The position numbers and the translations under genes are program-made. Positions 13,085 through 28,406 of a DNA stretch of 64,000 bases are shown piece by piece. How positions within the stretch are numbered: position 1 is the stretch's first letter; every line of letters starts with the position of its first letter. The stretch is from the human T2T-CHM13v2.0 reference genome, Homo sapiens. Where the stretch lies: the NCBI RefSeq assembly GCF_009914755.1, contig NC_060931.1; one strand, written 5' to 3'. A model generated the notes under the pieces. The model was not told the DNA's origin, did no database searches, and saw nothing but the letters and a program-made list of their open reading frames with translations.

Positions 13085-13589
13085 TCATATCTGGATGCTG
13101 TCTCCCTGCCCCTATTATCCTTCGAGAAGCCTTCCATAAGAACTCTATTTTGAGCTTTCCTTCAGCAAGATGGGTTTGAATTGTTTACTGACAGTCTCAG
13201 GTCAATGACAGAGCAATAAGATCTTTTAGGGAAGAGAGCTTGTAAATGTCTCTTATATGATGCTACCACCTTTTCTCCATCCCCTCAACCTTTCCTTCCA
13301 CTCCTCCTCATTTTTCTCATTCACGATGCTAAGTGTGATGCTTTGCCCAACATAGGTGATCAACATGGGCTGGAAGTTGGGTGTTAGGCTTCATTGATGG
13401 CAGAGGGATAAAGGTTACTTTGATTATCCATTTGAGCAGAAAAGGGAGTCATGGCTTACCCGCTACATACCTGAGAAAATCATGGGGTTGTTGTTCACCA
13501 TAAGTGCATCACTTTGTGGTCAACATGTTGTGCTAATTATACAAGTGAATCTAGTCCCTAACTGCCTTGTGATTCTAGACTATAGAAGG

Positions 13590-13995
13590 TGACCATTCTA
13601 CCATATCCTGGAGTATTGTGTTCATTTCTGGAAACCCTGAAAGTAGAGATTTGAACAAATGAGGAGGTGAAAGAACTGAAGCCTGGAGAATCATAAAAAG
13701 CATGACTTACATTCAAATATTTGTAGGTCTATATTATAGGCTGCTAAGTTGATGAAAGTTAATTTGTTTGACCCCAAGGAGCAAAGTATAATTTAGAGAC
13801 AGATAGGTTTGAATTTCATGTTCAGAAAAATGTTATTAATAACAGGAAGTTTCTGAAAGCAAAGTGGAGCTGTGAGTTATTGTCCATACATGGGCAGAAG
13901 CTGGTAGATCTTGCTGAGGTCATATTAGAGAAAGTTCCTGCATCAGACACAGCATGGGAATACCTGATGTGCTTTGCTTTCCTCTCTGAAATTCT
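13590..13995 (+). mobile_element. L3/CR1 fragment
   Basis: ctggagtattgtgttcatttctgg...gaaagaactgaagcctggagaa...ttcaaatatttg. Confidence 0.55.
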
Positions 13996-14120
13996 GTTAT
14001 ACTCTTATCTTTGAGTCTTAGATGAGCCAACTGAATTTGGCTTTCCTCAGACATCATGAGGAAAATAATGTCCTTCTTAAGCCTTTAATAACTGTGTAGT
14101 GGGAAGGTTTGTCTTAAGAG

Positions 14121-14426
<306 letters not shown>

Positions 14427-14428
14427 CA

Positions 14429-15175
14429 GAGTAAATTCTTAGAAGTGAGATTGCTAGGATAAAAACCAAATGCATATGTAATTTTGTTGCATATTGCCAA
14501 ATCCTCCTTCAGAGAGATGGTGCCTTTGCTGTTTCCACCAGCAGTGTAGGAGAGTGCGTTTCCCTACAGCCTCGCAAACAGAAGGCATTGTCGAATTTCC
14601 AAGTTTGCCAGTCTAATGGATGTGAACTAGGATTGGTGTTTTAACTTGCATTTCTCTTATAGTGAGAGGATCTGAACATCTTTTCATATGTTATCTTTTG
14701 TGCATTGTTGCTTCATGTCTTTGCTAATTTGCCTCTAAAATTTTTTTCCTTTTTTTCCTCTTAATTTTTAAAAGATGTTTCAAGTTAGGAGTATTAACCT
14801 TTTATGGGTGATGAATACTGAAAATCTTTTCTCCCAGTACTCATTCGTCTTTTAACTTCTTTGCTTACGGTGTTTACCATTTTGAGTAGTTTGTGTATTT
14901 GTTTGTTTTTAGTTTTTTGCTTTTGACATGCAAAAGTTTTATTTTTATGTGGTCACATTTATCTTTTGGTTTTCTGTATGGGGATTTTTAACAATTAGAA
15001 AGCCTTCCTCCATACTCAAGGTGCAGAGGGATTCCATCATGTTTTCTTCTAGTGTGTGTATATTTTTATTTTTTTTTACTTTCGGATCTCTGACATCTCT
15101 GGGGTTTATTTTGTGTGTGTGGTATCAGAAACGGATTTAATTTTACCTTTTTCAGAATTGCTCTCCAGTTGTCAA
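14429..15175 (-). mobile_element. Old L1M (ME/MC-like) fragment
   Basis: cttagaagtgagattgctagga...ttcccaccagcagtgtaggagagtg...ttgcatttctctt. Confidence 0.75.
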
Positions 15176-15649
15176 AGCTCCTCTTAGGCCTTGGATAACT
15201 TTGGTGGGGGGCAAAATTTTTGTTTTGAAACAAAAATTACTGCTTTGTTTCAAAACATTGGCCACCGCCCTGCTGCCTAAATCTAAACTCCTCGGGTGCT
15301 CTCAGGCCTGGCTGGGCTCCACCTCTTCACTGTACTGCAGACCTCAGCCTGATCCATGGTCTGCACTCCCGAGCACTAGTGTTCTTTGCCACAGAGGACA
15401 AAGCAATCCAGAAGATCCTCAGGCGCCACGTGAATTGCTTCTCTCATGTTAGTGCTATTGCCTCTCGTAAATGGCAAAGTCCTTGAAGGCAGCAGCTATG
15501 CTCTTCTATCTTGGGTGACCCTACAGCACCAAACTCAGACATGAGAACACAGTGAACATCCACAAGTGCTTCTGGACTTACGATATTTTGAGATGTGAAC
15601 AAGACATGCTATCTCCCTAAAACACACACGATTCCTCCAGTCATGTCTC

Positions 15650-16420
15650 CTTGAGTGGCTGCTACATGACAGGCACTGTGTGACAGGCATAGTGTGATAA
15701 GCACGGGCACAGCAAAAACAAAGTCCCCTGGAGCACAGAGTGTGGTTGTGGACACCAGCAATAAATAAAAAAGCAGAGATGCAAGCTCATGGCATGGCAG
15801 GTGGCATGGACTTTAGAAAGAAGAGCAGGGAAGTAGGATCAGGGCTATGCTCAGTAAAGTGAGTGACTTGAGTGAAGTGGAGGGAGGACCCCGGTGAAGA
15901 CATGGAGAAGGTGCATGCCAGGTAGAAGGTACAGAGGTGAGGATGCTTTGCCGGGAGGGAATGATCTTAGAGTTTGAGTAACAGCAAAATGCTTGCGTGT
16001 GGAGGGAATAAACTAAGGGAAGGGCTGGAGGAGCTGAAGTCAGAGAGAGAGGCAGGGGCTTTATGCCTCGTGGCCCCATTGACCACAGATGTACATGAAG
16101 GGAAGGGAGCAGAAACGTGGCCTGTGTGCCATGGTATATGTGGAAAATGGAACATCAGCCGCAAGTGCGGATGCAGCAAGAGTGGCAGGAGGCTGCTGGT
16201 GTCCGGGCAGGACACATGTACACATGTGGCCGAGGCTCAGTGGGAACAGTGGAGGGGGTGAGAGAGGTTAGATTTGGGATCTAGTGTGAGGATGAGGCCA
16301 GCAGAACTTTCCTCTGTGTTGAATGTGGGAGTGAGGGAAAAAGAGATTTAAAGATGATGCCTGATGCCTATGTTTCTGGTCTGCATAACTGATAGATAAG
16401 GGTGTCATTTTCTCATTTCC
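15650..16420 (-). mobile_element. L2 fragment
   Basis: caggcactgtg...gtttgagtaacagcaa...tgtgggagtgagggaaaaagagatttaaagatgatgcc. Confidence 0.65.
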
Positions 16421-16892
16421 AAGTGGACCTAGCATCTCATGATTTCCCTGTTCATAGCATCTGGGTTCTGTCAGGTAACTGAAGCAGGCTGAACCTTAAA
16501 ATGACCACCTCTCCAAGGTTGTAACCGGGGAAATAAATGCCGTTTGCGCCTAACTACCTTCATGAAGGATTCAGAGGCGCTCATGCTCATCAGCTCTGGC
16601 AGGCATTGATTCGGGGGAAGGGGGTGTTCAGCTCAGAGAGAGGCCAGCTCTCCTGCATCTGCTCGTATGGGCAGTTGGCAGAGAGAAGGGCAATGCTGAC
16701 CTTAAACCAAGGTCAGGAAGGGTCTGTCGATAGGGTGGAGCCACCTGGCCTTTACTAATGTAGGAAAAGCTTTTCACACTATCCTCTGACTGGTTCTCTC
16801 GGCAGCATTTAGAGTGAGCACCGTGAGCCGGGACGTGCTCTGGCTGCTCTCGCTGCTCCCAGGAGAAGGGTTCAGCCCGAGGTGCAAGGTCA

Positions 16893-17439
<547 letters not shown>

Positions 17440-18110
17440 TTAAAGGAAAGAGAGAGCCTCAGTGCCCAGAAGGCGAGTTAAGGACCTACAGAAACTGGTG
17501 TTTCGTGTGGCCTGCTCTCTAAGGATATGGCAGAAAGGCAGATTAAGGGGTATAGCATCAAAAGGGAGGAAGCACCACAGTTGAACTGAGTCCCTGATAC
17601 TATGGTCCAGGACTCTGAGATTTCACTCTCCAAGGACAGGATTAGACCCTCGGTCTGAGGCTGAAGGTTAAGTGCTTCCACCGGCAAAGAGCGAATGGTT
17701 GCTGGGGTATTGAGCCAAGAACAGCCACAGCGAAGGTTCACAGTGAGTGAGTGATACCGCTGGGAATCAGCCAGAAACAAAGCACCACCATAAAGAATAT
17801 CACTTATAAGGATAGGACTTTCCTGTCCATTTAGGAATCACTGTCCTGGAAAACTCAGTTCCGTTCGTGTTGCCTTTGCGTTGGCCAGTCAGCGGTGCCA
17901 GCTGGAAGATACATAGACGAAGCTCAGTGGTGTGGATCAGGCAGGGTTAAGCACTGACAACAAAGTCATGGTAGGGAGACCACATGGAAAATGTGACCAG
18001 AGAAAAGATCCAGGAGAAAAAGTGTCTTGCTTGGTACAGGCATCTAAGACAGCTGGATTTTTCTTGAGTCTTTTTGGATCCTGTGGTCAGCAGAGTAACC
18101 TGATACATCT

Positions 18111-18564
18111 TGGGTGGCGGTTAACTATTTGTTTCAACTTGGTGGGGCCACAGTCCCCAGACATTTGGTCATTCTTGTGGGTGTGCTTTGAGGGTGTTTT
18201 TGGGAGAGATTAACATTTGGACAAGCAGACTGAGTAAAGCAGGTTGTCTTCCTTAATGTGGAAGGACTTCATTCAATCAGTTGCCTGAACAGAACAAAAG
18301 GTTGACCCTTCCCCTAGTAAAAGAGAATTCTCCCTGCCTGGTGGCCTTCAAACTGGGGCATCAGCTCTTCCTTTTTCTACAGCAGCTGCTGCTCTTCAGA
18401 CTCAGACTGGATCATTGACTCTGCAGATTGTGAACTTGCCAGCCTCTATCTATCATCTCTCTATGTTTCTGCCTGTGTGTCTGTCTGTGTGTCTGTCTAC
18501 CTACCTACCTACCTACCTATCTCTCCTGTTGCTTTCTGTTCCCCTGGAGAGCCCTGACTAACAC
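18111..18564 (+). mobile_element. MLT2 (C/D-like) ERVL solo LTR
   Basis: ggttaac...caacttgg...gagattaacatttg...agactgagtaaagcag...ccctgactaacaca. Confidence 0.8.
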
Positions 18565-18599
18565 ATCTTATTATAGGATTAGTCAGAACTCCCAACAGT

Positions 18600-18990
18600 T
18601 TTGCCTGGTGAAGTCTGCTCAACAGCTGCCAGGTTCCAAGGTCAAGCGTCCAAAAAGGGAGAGGAAACCAGCCAGAAGCTGTATCATTTTAAGACCTGAC
18701 CTTGGAAGTCATTCAGGGTTCCTTCTACCAGCTTCTCTCATTAGAAGTGAGTCACTAAGATGACCTGTATTCAAAGAAAGGGAAATTAGAGCGCCTTGTT
18801 AATGGAAGAAATATAAAAAATTTGCAGACATGTTTTCAAAGCACCATTTTCCACTCTCTGGCCACAATTTATTTACATTTCTCCCACTCTCTTACCTCCC
18901 CTCAAGATCCCACGTCTTATCTGTTGTGGGATCAGACTCACAATCTTGTCAACTGAGTAGGTCCAAGTGCAGGTCAGGTGAGTGAACTGC
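18600..18990 (-). mobile_element. MLT1G/H-like LTR plus adjoining internal sequence
   Basis: cttggaagtca...ttagaagtgagtcactaag...attcaaag...tttgcagacatgttttcaaagcacca. Confidence 0.6.
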
Positions 18991-19200
18991 TGAAGATGTG
19001 AACAAAAGAAACAAATCACCCAGTTCTCCCACTCTAGAAATCCTAAGAGCACTGAGGGAAGGAACTGTATCTCTTTTTAGCCCCCATGATGCTTAGCACA
19101 AAAAATAGTGAAGGTTGTTAAGACATCATCTTGCATTTTTTCTAAAGCAATAAACATAAATAAATAAAACATCTACATCCCTCCTTTCTGTTCCCAAGTA

Positions 19201-19518
19201 CAGAAGTCGCCCCCTCCAATCCATTGTTTCACTTTCCTCAGTTTCTGTTACCTGCAGTTCACCATGATCTGAAAATGTTAAAATATTTTCAGAGATAAAG
19301 CAGCTATATTCACATAACTTTTATCAAAGTAGGTTGTTATATTTGTTTTATTATTATTTATTATTTTGAATCTCTTAACTGTGCCTAACTTGTAAATTAA
19401 ACTTTATTATAGGTATGTATAAGAAAAACAGCATATAGAGAGTTTGGTACTTTCTGCAGTTTGAGGCAACCACTGGGGGTCTAGGAACATCTCCCATTTG
19501 GATAAGAGGTAAGTACTG
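19201..19518. mobile_element. MER44A
   Basis: CAG...CTG termini flanked by TA; homologous to the pieces in 5888-8591. Confidence 0.8.
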
Positions 19519-21227
19519 TAATAGAATTCCTTGCCTTTGAAGGTCAGAGGTTGCAACAGTGGACACTGCAGGACCTCAGAGAGTGAGCAAACACTTGTGC
19601 TCTGTGCACATTGCAGACATGTTTTCAAAGCACCATTTTCCACTCTCTGGCCACAAATTATTTACATCTCTCCCACTCTCTTACCTCAGTCAGCACTCAC
19701 AGGGGGAGGGCTTTACAGCTCAACCAGAGAGCACTAAACCCTCTTAACTTTCCAAATGACTGTAGCAATTTCACCTTGCTCCTGGGCCCTGCCCAGCCAA
19801 GGTTTCTCTACATTTGGGATTTAAAACCAATTGGAAAATCAAAGTAGTAGCTTTGTATAAGGGGTCCCCAGCTACTCTGTTGGCTACTTTTACAGCCAAA
19901 TCAATCATGGTTAATAAACTGAGATACTGAGAGGGTGGAGACACTGTCTTCAACTGGAACCTTGTTCTGACTCCATGACCAGGGATGCCTAGGAATAAAA
20001 GAAATTAGTCTCCTCCTCTCCCCCACAGTCTTCCATTTCTTGCCCATATTTCCACTAAATGTTTCAGAGTGCCCACACATGCATACTCCTACGAGAGAAG
20101 CTTGGGCTGTGTGCTTTTCCCCACCGTGCTATGAAAGTCAGACCATGTGTGCTAAGTACAGGAGCTGAGAAAATCCTATAAACAGAGTCCTAATATAGGG
20201 TTAACAACATTCCACCTCTAGGTCAGAAATTTTATGTAGACCAATAAGAAAGCACAGAGAATATGTACATTGATTTACCGTTTACGATTATTGGCTACCA
20301 TGTATTGGGTGCCCTTGAAGAGCTGGATACTATCCTAAGCATTTTATATATTTTATTCATATTCTTCAGACCTTTGCAATGTAGCTGTGCGGATGTGGGA
20401 CTTAAAGCATGGAAAAGTTAAATAGCTTGCCTAAATTTTGCACAGCTGGGATGTGAATGCAATCTCTCTTGAGTGCACTTCTCAGCTTGCCATGTAAAAT
20501 TACTGACATCCATTTGACCTGGTTGTGCCTGTCACCTTTGCAGCCCTCTGTGTAGTATTCCCAACTCTCCATGAAGTTATCAATTTGCTAAAAATAATTT
20601 CTGTGGCTGATGGATTTTTAATGTAGCGTGCTGTCTCAGGCCCCTCCCTAGAAGTTTATGGCCAAGAAACTGAGCGGTGGGGAGGCTTTTGGAGCTCCTG
20701 CTAATGTTAGCAGACTGTAGGGCTGAGGCTACCACTGGTCTGATTTCTGCCTCTTCTTATTTTTAATGAGGTCAAGGGCATCCACTGGCAAAGGGGAGGG
20801 GGCTGTCTCTCCCGACAGTGTCTGGGTACCTGGAGCTCTCTGTTGACCACTCTTGTTTCTTTTGCGTCTCACACACAGCCTGAGGTCAGAGGCAGAGACA
20901 TTACTCATAACTAATTCTTGTAGCGTACATCATTTAGACTTGGTTACCCCCAAATTAATGAAGAGAGAGGAAAAACCTCTTTGTCTTTCAAATACCACCT
21001 GTTCTTCACGTCCAAAAGACCATTTCCTCACTAGATTCTGTGAAGTGGGCCTTGCCTCTAAGGGGGTTGTGGACAGGCAGAGAGAGCAAACTCGACTCTG
21101 AGACACAAAGTAGCAGAGGGGGTTGTCCTGTATCTCAGACTGGACACAAAACTGGCTCTAGAGACAGTTTGGACTTGGAATTACCCCAAGAGAGAAATGG
21201 TTAGGAGACTCTGGTCATGCAGAACGT

Positions 21228-21430
21228 AGAGTGGTCTAGTGGGGAAGGCACCAGCTTAGGAGCCTGGAGAGCTGAACTCTAGCTTGGGTTCTGTCAGAAG
21301 CTAGCTCCTGGGAAATGTACTTCACCCCTGAGCACCTGTTTTCTCATCTGTGGCATGGGGATGATAATTCTCGTCTCATCTCCTTTGTGAGCACTGTCAG
21401 TGTAAAGTCATATATACAACTTGGTTTGTG
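21228..21430 (+). mobile_element. MIR
   Basis: tagagtggtctagtgg...ctgttttctcatctgtggcatggggatgataat. Confidence 0.7.
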
Positions 21431-21783
21431 AAATTGTAATTCAAAGTGCTTTTCTCTGTCTTCTCCATGGCCTGGCTTCTCGGCCCTGTTCCTGGCTCCT
21501 CCAGCCCCATCTGCTTCCTGCTTGACATTTTTGTCTATGCAGTCATGTCTGTGCACATCCACATGAGCCATGGACTTGTAATCCTCCTCTTGCCAGCTTG
21601 GACACCTGGCCTGCCTGGAAGCTCCAGCCATGCTCCTGCAAGCTTTACTTTAGGGAACTCACATTACTGTCATCTGGAAAGATGGGAAAAGGCAGGAGGC
21701 AAATATTGTCACTAAAAATGTGCTACCATTAAAAGATTCTGTGAAAACACAGGGAATTATATAAGATATTTAAGATATATTAA

Positions 21784-22087
<304 letters not shown>

Positions 22088-22199
22088 AAGATATATTAAG
22101 ATAATAGCAGAATGGAAAATGAATGATAACAGCAGAATGGAAAAGAAAGAACGGTTTAAATATATAGCACTCAGTCACTAAAGACTGAATGAATAAATC

Positions 22200-22860
22200 A
22201 AAGAGAAAAAATTAAACGAACTCTACAAAAGTTCAAAATTTCTGTTCTTAAAAGAGTACCATTAAGAAAATAAAAAGACAAGCTTCAGACTGAAAGAAAA
22301 TGTTTGCAAAATTATGTATCTTATAGCATATATTTACTATACCATCCAGAAGTTTTCCTAATTATATACTTAAGAGAAATGAAAATATATGTCTACATGA
22401 AACTTTGAACATTAATTCTCATTGTAGTGTTATTCATATTAGCCTAAAACTAGAAATAATCTAAATGTTCATTAACAGGTGACTAGATAAACAAAGTGTA
22501 TAAATCTACATCAATATCAGTATCTATGTGTATATGTCATGGAGTAGCACTCAGCCATCTAAAAGAGGAAAGTGTTGGTACAAATTGCAACCCCTGTATG
22601 GATCTTAAAGTAATTACATTGAGTGAAAAACATGCTCAGTAAAAGCAATCTTCATATTCTCATTAATATAAAATTCTACATCTTTCAAACTAATGCCTGT
22701 TGACCATCTTGTTGATGGGACAGGGCAGGGATGGCCAGGAGGGACAGAGGGGCACAATGATATTTTCAAGAATGTGTACATGTCAAAACTTATCAAGTTA
22801 TGAACTTTAAATATTTTTAGCTTATTCTATGTCAATTTTTGCTCAATAAAGCTATTTAAA
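22200..22860 (+). mobile_element. Old L1M 3' end
   Basis: attaagaaaataaaaagacaagc...atgtcaaaacttatcaagtt...ctcaataaagct. Confidence 0.7.
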
Positions 22861-25800
22861 TTATATCTAAACATCAACAGAGAAAGAAAGAATTGGACAC
22901 CAAAAATATTTAACTTATAAAAGGCAATAAAAAAAGAGCAGAGGAACAAAAATGCATGAGGCACATGGAAAAGAAATAGCAAAATGAAACTTAAACCCAA
23001 CCCCATCAATAATTACATTAAATGTAAATGTTCTATATGCTCTAATAAAAGACACAAATAAAAAACAAAATCCAACTCTGTGCTGGCAACAAGAGAAGCA
23101 CTTTAGATTCATGGAAACAAATAGGCTGAGCATAAGAGAGAAAAAGTAATTTTTTTCATGCAAATAATAATTGTGAAAGAGCTGGAGTGACTACATTAAT
23201 ATCAGAGAAAATAGACTCAAAGACTAAAAATATTGCTAATGTCAAAGAGGGTCAGTGATAAAAGTATCAATATACTAGAAATATATAAAAGTTATTAAGG
23301 TATATGGGCTTCAAGATGGTTGAGTAGGGGCATTTGGTACTTGCCTTCTCCTTGAAGAATCAAACTAGCAAGTAGATCATCACACTTTGAATCCATCACC
23401 GAAGAGAGTGCTGGAATTTAAAAGAGAAGGGACAAGAAATACCTAAGGCAAGGAAGGAGATGGAAGCCAGGTAATCTGTTTGGATGAGATCTGCTGGGTG
23501 CTTGGATAGGCTCCCCAGTATGGGGAAAGGGTGAGCAGCCCCCAGTAATCCACATTCCCACTTTGGACTCCTGCACTCCTAGGCAGCAGAAAGCCCCTCA
23601 ACCCACACAGGCCCTGAGACTAACATAGGAAGCTGCCTAGAGACCACATGACAGCATTGCTCTGGAGTCAGAGCTCACCCTGGATTCCCCCCGCCAACCC
23701 CCAAGTGCTAAGCAGCTGCAGCATGGTGCTATTTTGAGAGCCCAACCCCCACTAGACCACACCCTGCTCCAGGGCCCAACAGATCCTGCATCTCCACGCC
23801 CTTGGAGCCCCATGGATATCCCTTGTTCATAGCTGGGTGCTGCCACAGGCTATTGCCATCAGAGCTGAAGTGTGAGTCATTGGCAGTGACCCCTTCACCC
23901 CCTGTAGTGGGGCTGCTGCGCATTTACAAGTGCTCTGAAGATAGGCTACCCCACTTGCAGCTGCTACTTGGGGCCAAAGTGTGCACTCCCCAGCTACATG
24001 TTTACCACTAAAAGCAACCCTGCCTTATATGAATCACTTGACTAATAATTCAAAATGTCCCCAGAAGCAGGTCCACAGAACAGCCACTGCTGCCCCTGCC
24101 CAAGCAGTCTGCCAGGGGACTGGGCATCACTCCACCACTGCTTATGACAGTCAGTGCCCATATGCACCATTGTGGGACTTGAGGAAAGGCTTGCCAGCTT
24201 AATTCCTCTGTTTCCAGTGCCCAAGCACACTATCCAGGTTCCTGGTTATTGCAGTGCCCCATCTGCCACCATTGGCACCTGAGCACTCCTCCCAGGGCCT
24301 AAGGATAGGCCCACCTAGCCTGCTGCTCCCACCACAGCTGGCACCCACTCACACGCACCAACCATGGGCCTCGGGACTGGCCCATCCAGTTTATCACAGC
24401 AACTACCAATATCGGTGTGGACAGCATGAAAGCCAGAGGGTTATGCAACTACTGTTACTGCCATTGCCCATGCCACACCTGCAACCAAGGGGACCAAGGA
24501 CCTAGCCACCCAGCCAGCCCACTGCTGCCACTGTTGCCACTCAAGCAAGCTGCTTAGTGACTCAATAACCTGTCCACCTGTAGCCACTAAAATTGGTGCT
24601 GGTGTATGCTGCCCTGGGGCAAAAGGACAGGCACACTCAGCCAGCCACTGTCACCTCAGGGGCTCAAGGACTGGCCCACCTTACGTCTCTGTCCCCAGCA
24701 AAACTTTATCATAGCCTCCACTAACAAATGCACTCTAAGCCACTGATAAAATCACAAACACCACTGACACTATTTACAGCCAAAGAAATCATATGAAACC
24801 GTACTAGCGCATGCACCAGAACCAAATCCAAAGTGCCCCACCAAAACAACACCATAAATACAACTTCAGAAAAATGTCCTCCCCTATGAAAGAAAATTTA
24901 AAAAATTGGAAGATGTAACTGTTACAACAAATGTACAGATATCAATGTAAGGACACAAGAAACATGAAAAAGCCAGGAAATATGACATTTTCAAAGAAAC
25001 AAAATAATTCTCTGAAAACAGATTCCAACATAAAAGAAATTTCTAAACTTCCAGAAAAATAATTCAAAATACTGATATTAAAGAAGTTTAGCTACATACA
25101 AGAGAAATTAGATAAATAGTATAAATAAATCAGAAAAACAATTCAAAATATGGATAAGAAATTTACCTAAGGGATAGATATCATAAAAAAGAACCAAACA
25201 GAAATTCTGCAACTGAATTCATTGAATGAAATAAAAAATAAATCAGAAAGCTTCAACAACAGACTAGTTCAAGCAGAAGAAAAAATTTCAGAACTTGAAG
25301 ACAGGTCTTTTGAAATAACTTAGACAAACATAAAGAAAAAATAATTTAAAAAATGAATAAAGCAATTAACATGACATATAGGACACCATAAAGTGACCAA
25401 ATACGTTAATTTTCTATGTCTCAGAAGACAAAGAATAAAAGAAAGGGGTAGAAGACATATTTAACAAAATAATATACACAAATTTAGCATTCATTTAGCA
25501 AGAGATTTACACATCCAGATACAGGAAGCTCAGTGATTCCAAAATAGATAAAATGCAAAAAGTTCTTTTCCATGGAACATTAGAGTAAAACTGTTTAAAG
25601 TCAAAGACCAAGAGAGAATTCCAAAAATGGCAAGAGAGAAGTATCTAGTTACTTATAAGGGAACCCTTATCAGATTAACAGTGGATTTCTCAGCAAAAGC
25701 CTTATAGACCAGAAAAGAATGGGATGATATATTCATAATGCTGAAAGAATAAAATTTCAGACAAGGATACTATACCCAGCAAAGCTATTCTTCATAAATT

Positions 25801-26559
25801 AAGGAGAAATAAAGTGTTTCCCAGATAAGCAAAAGTTGAGGGAATTTATCACCACTAGACAAGTACTACAGAAAATGCTTAAGGAAGTCCTACTCCTGTA
25901 ATCAGAAAGACAATATCTACCATCATAAAAACATGTGAAAGTATAAAACTCACTTGTAGAGAAAACACAGAAATAAAGAAAAGAAAGGACACAGATATTA
26001 CTACTAAAAAAACCCTACCAAACCACAGTGATAAACAATAAGAGAGAAAGAAAAGAACAGAGGATAAATAAAACAACCAGAAATCAATTAACAAAGTGAC
26101 AGGAATAAACTCTCACATATCAATAATAGCCTTTAATGTAAAATAATTAAACTTTCCACTAAAAAGGTATAGACTGGCTGAATGGTTAGAAAACATACTC
26201 TATGCTTTCTATAAGAAACTCATCTCACTTTATCTCACCTTTAAAGACATATATAGACTGAAAGTAAAGGAATGGAAAAAAATTCATACAAACAAGAACC
26301 AAAACCAAGAAAGAATAATATTTATTATATTAGTAATTATTACTAGTAATTATTATATTATTATTAATAATTATTAACATATTATTAATATGCTTATTTC
26401 AGATAAGACAGACTTTAAGTCAAAAACAGTAGAGAGAGACAAAGAAGATCATTATATAAAATAATGGGATCAACTTAGTAAGAGGATATAATATCCTAAA
26501 CATATATGCACTGGAGCATGCAGATATATAAAGGAAATATTATTATATCTAAAGAGAGA

Positions 26560-26866
26560 GGCCGGGTGCACTGGCTCAAGCCTGTAATCCGAGCACTTTG
26601 GGAGGCCGAGGCGGGAGGATCACGAGGTTAGGAGATCGAGACCACCCTGGCTAACATGGTGAAACCCTGTCTCTACTAAAAAAATAACAGAAAAAATTAT
26701 CCGGGCATGCTGGCGGGTGCCTGTAGTCCCAGCTCTCCGGAGGCTGAGGCAGCAGAATGGCGTGAACCCAGGAGGCGGAGCTTGCAGTGAGCTGAGATGC
26801 GCCACTGCACTCCAGCCTGGGCGACAGAGCCAGACTCGGTCTCAAAAAAAAAAAAAAAAAGAAAAA
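26560..26866 (+). mobile_element. AluY inside L1
   Basis: Diagnostic tggcgtgaaccc and gcggagcttgcagtg; TSD aaagagagag. Confidence 0.96.
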
Positions 26867-28406
26867 AGAGAGAGAGAGAGAAATAGACTCCAATACAAAA
26901 AGACTTGAGGACTTCAATACCCTACTCTCAGCATTAGATGATAATCTAGACAGAAATTTAATGAAGAAGTAGATTTAAACTGTACTTTAGAGTAAATAAA
27001 CCCAATAGACTTTTATAGAACATTTCATCCAACAGCTGCAGACTATGCATTATCATCAGCACATGGAACATTCTCTAGGATAGACCATGTGTTAGAACAC
27101 AAAACAGGCCTCAACCATTTTTTTAAAAATTGAAATTATATCAAATACCTTCTCAGAGCCCCATTGAAACAAGAAATCAATAACGGGAGAAACTTTGAAA
27201 ACTGTACGAATACATGTAAATTTAAAAACATGCTCTTGAATGACAGTTGGATCAATCAAGAAATAAAGGAGGCAATCAAAAAATTTCTTGAAACAAATGA
27301 AAACAAAAACCAACATATCAAAACCTATGGGATACAGCAAAAGCACTGCTAAGAGGGAAGCTTATAGCAATAAACTCTTACATCAAAAAAGCAGAAAAAT
27401 TTAAAATAATTTATCCAATGATATGCCTCAATGAAGTAGAAAAGCAAGAACAAATCAAACCAAAAATTAGTAGAAGGAAAGAAATAATAAAAATTAGAGC
27501 AGAACTAAACAAAGCAGAGGCAAAAAATACAAATAATCCATTGAAAAAAATTTTTATCAAAAAGACAAAATTAATAAACACTAGACTAACCACAAAAAAG
27601 AGAGAAGACCCACATAAATAAAATCAGAAGCAAAAAAGGAGACATTACAACTGATACCACAGAAATACAAAAGATCATTAGAGACTATTATGAAAATTAT
27701 ACACTAAAAAACTGGAAAACATGGAGGAACTTGATAAATTCCTGGATACATATAACCTACCAAGATTGAATCAGAAAAAAATAAAAAACCTGAACAGACC
27801 GGTTGAATCTGTAGCAAAATGTTTCCCAATAAGGAAAAGTCAGGACTGGATTGCTTCATTGCTGGATTCTACTGAACTTACAATGAAGAGTAAACATCAA
27901 TTCTCTTTAAAGTATTACAAAAAATTGAAGAGAACAGAATTCTCCCTACCTCCTTCTATGAGACCATCATTACCCTGATACCAAACCAGACAAGGATGCA
28001 GTAATAGAAGAAAACTACAGGCCAATACCCCTGATAAACAGAGGCAAAAATCCTCAACAAAATACTAACAAACCGATTTTAACAGCATATCAAAAAGATA
28101 ATACACCATGATCAAGTGGGATTTATCCCAAAGATGCAAGGATAGTTTAATATATACAAATATATATAAATATAATACATCACATCAACAGAATAAAAGA
28201 CAAAAACAATATAATCATTTCAGTAAATGCAATAAAGGCATTCAATAAAATTCAACACCGTTTATGATAAAAACTCTCAAAAAACTAGACATAGAAAAAA
28301 ACACAAAACTTAATAAAGGCCATATATGACAAACACATAGCTAACATTATTTTGAATGGGGGAAATGCTGAAAACCTTTCTTCTAAAAACTAAAATGAGA
28401 CACAAG

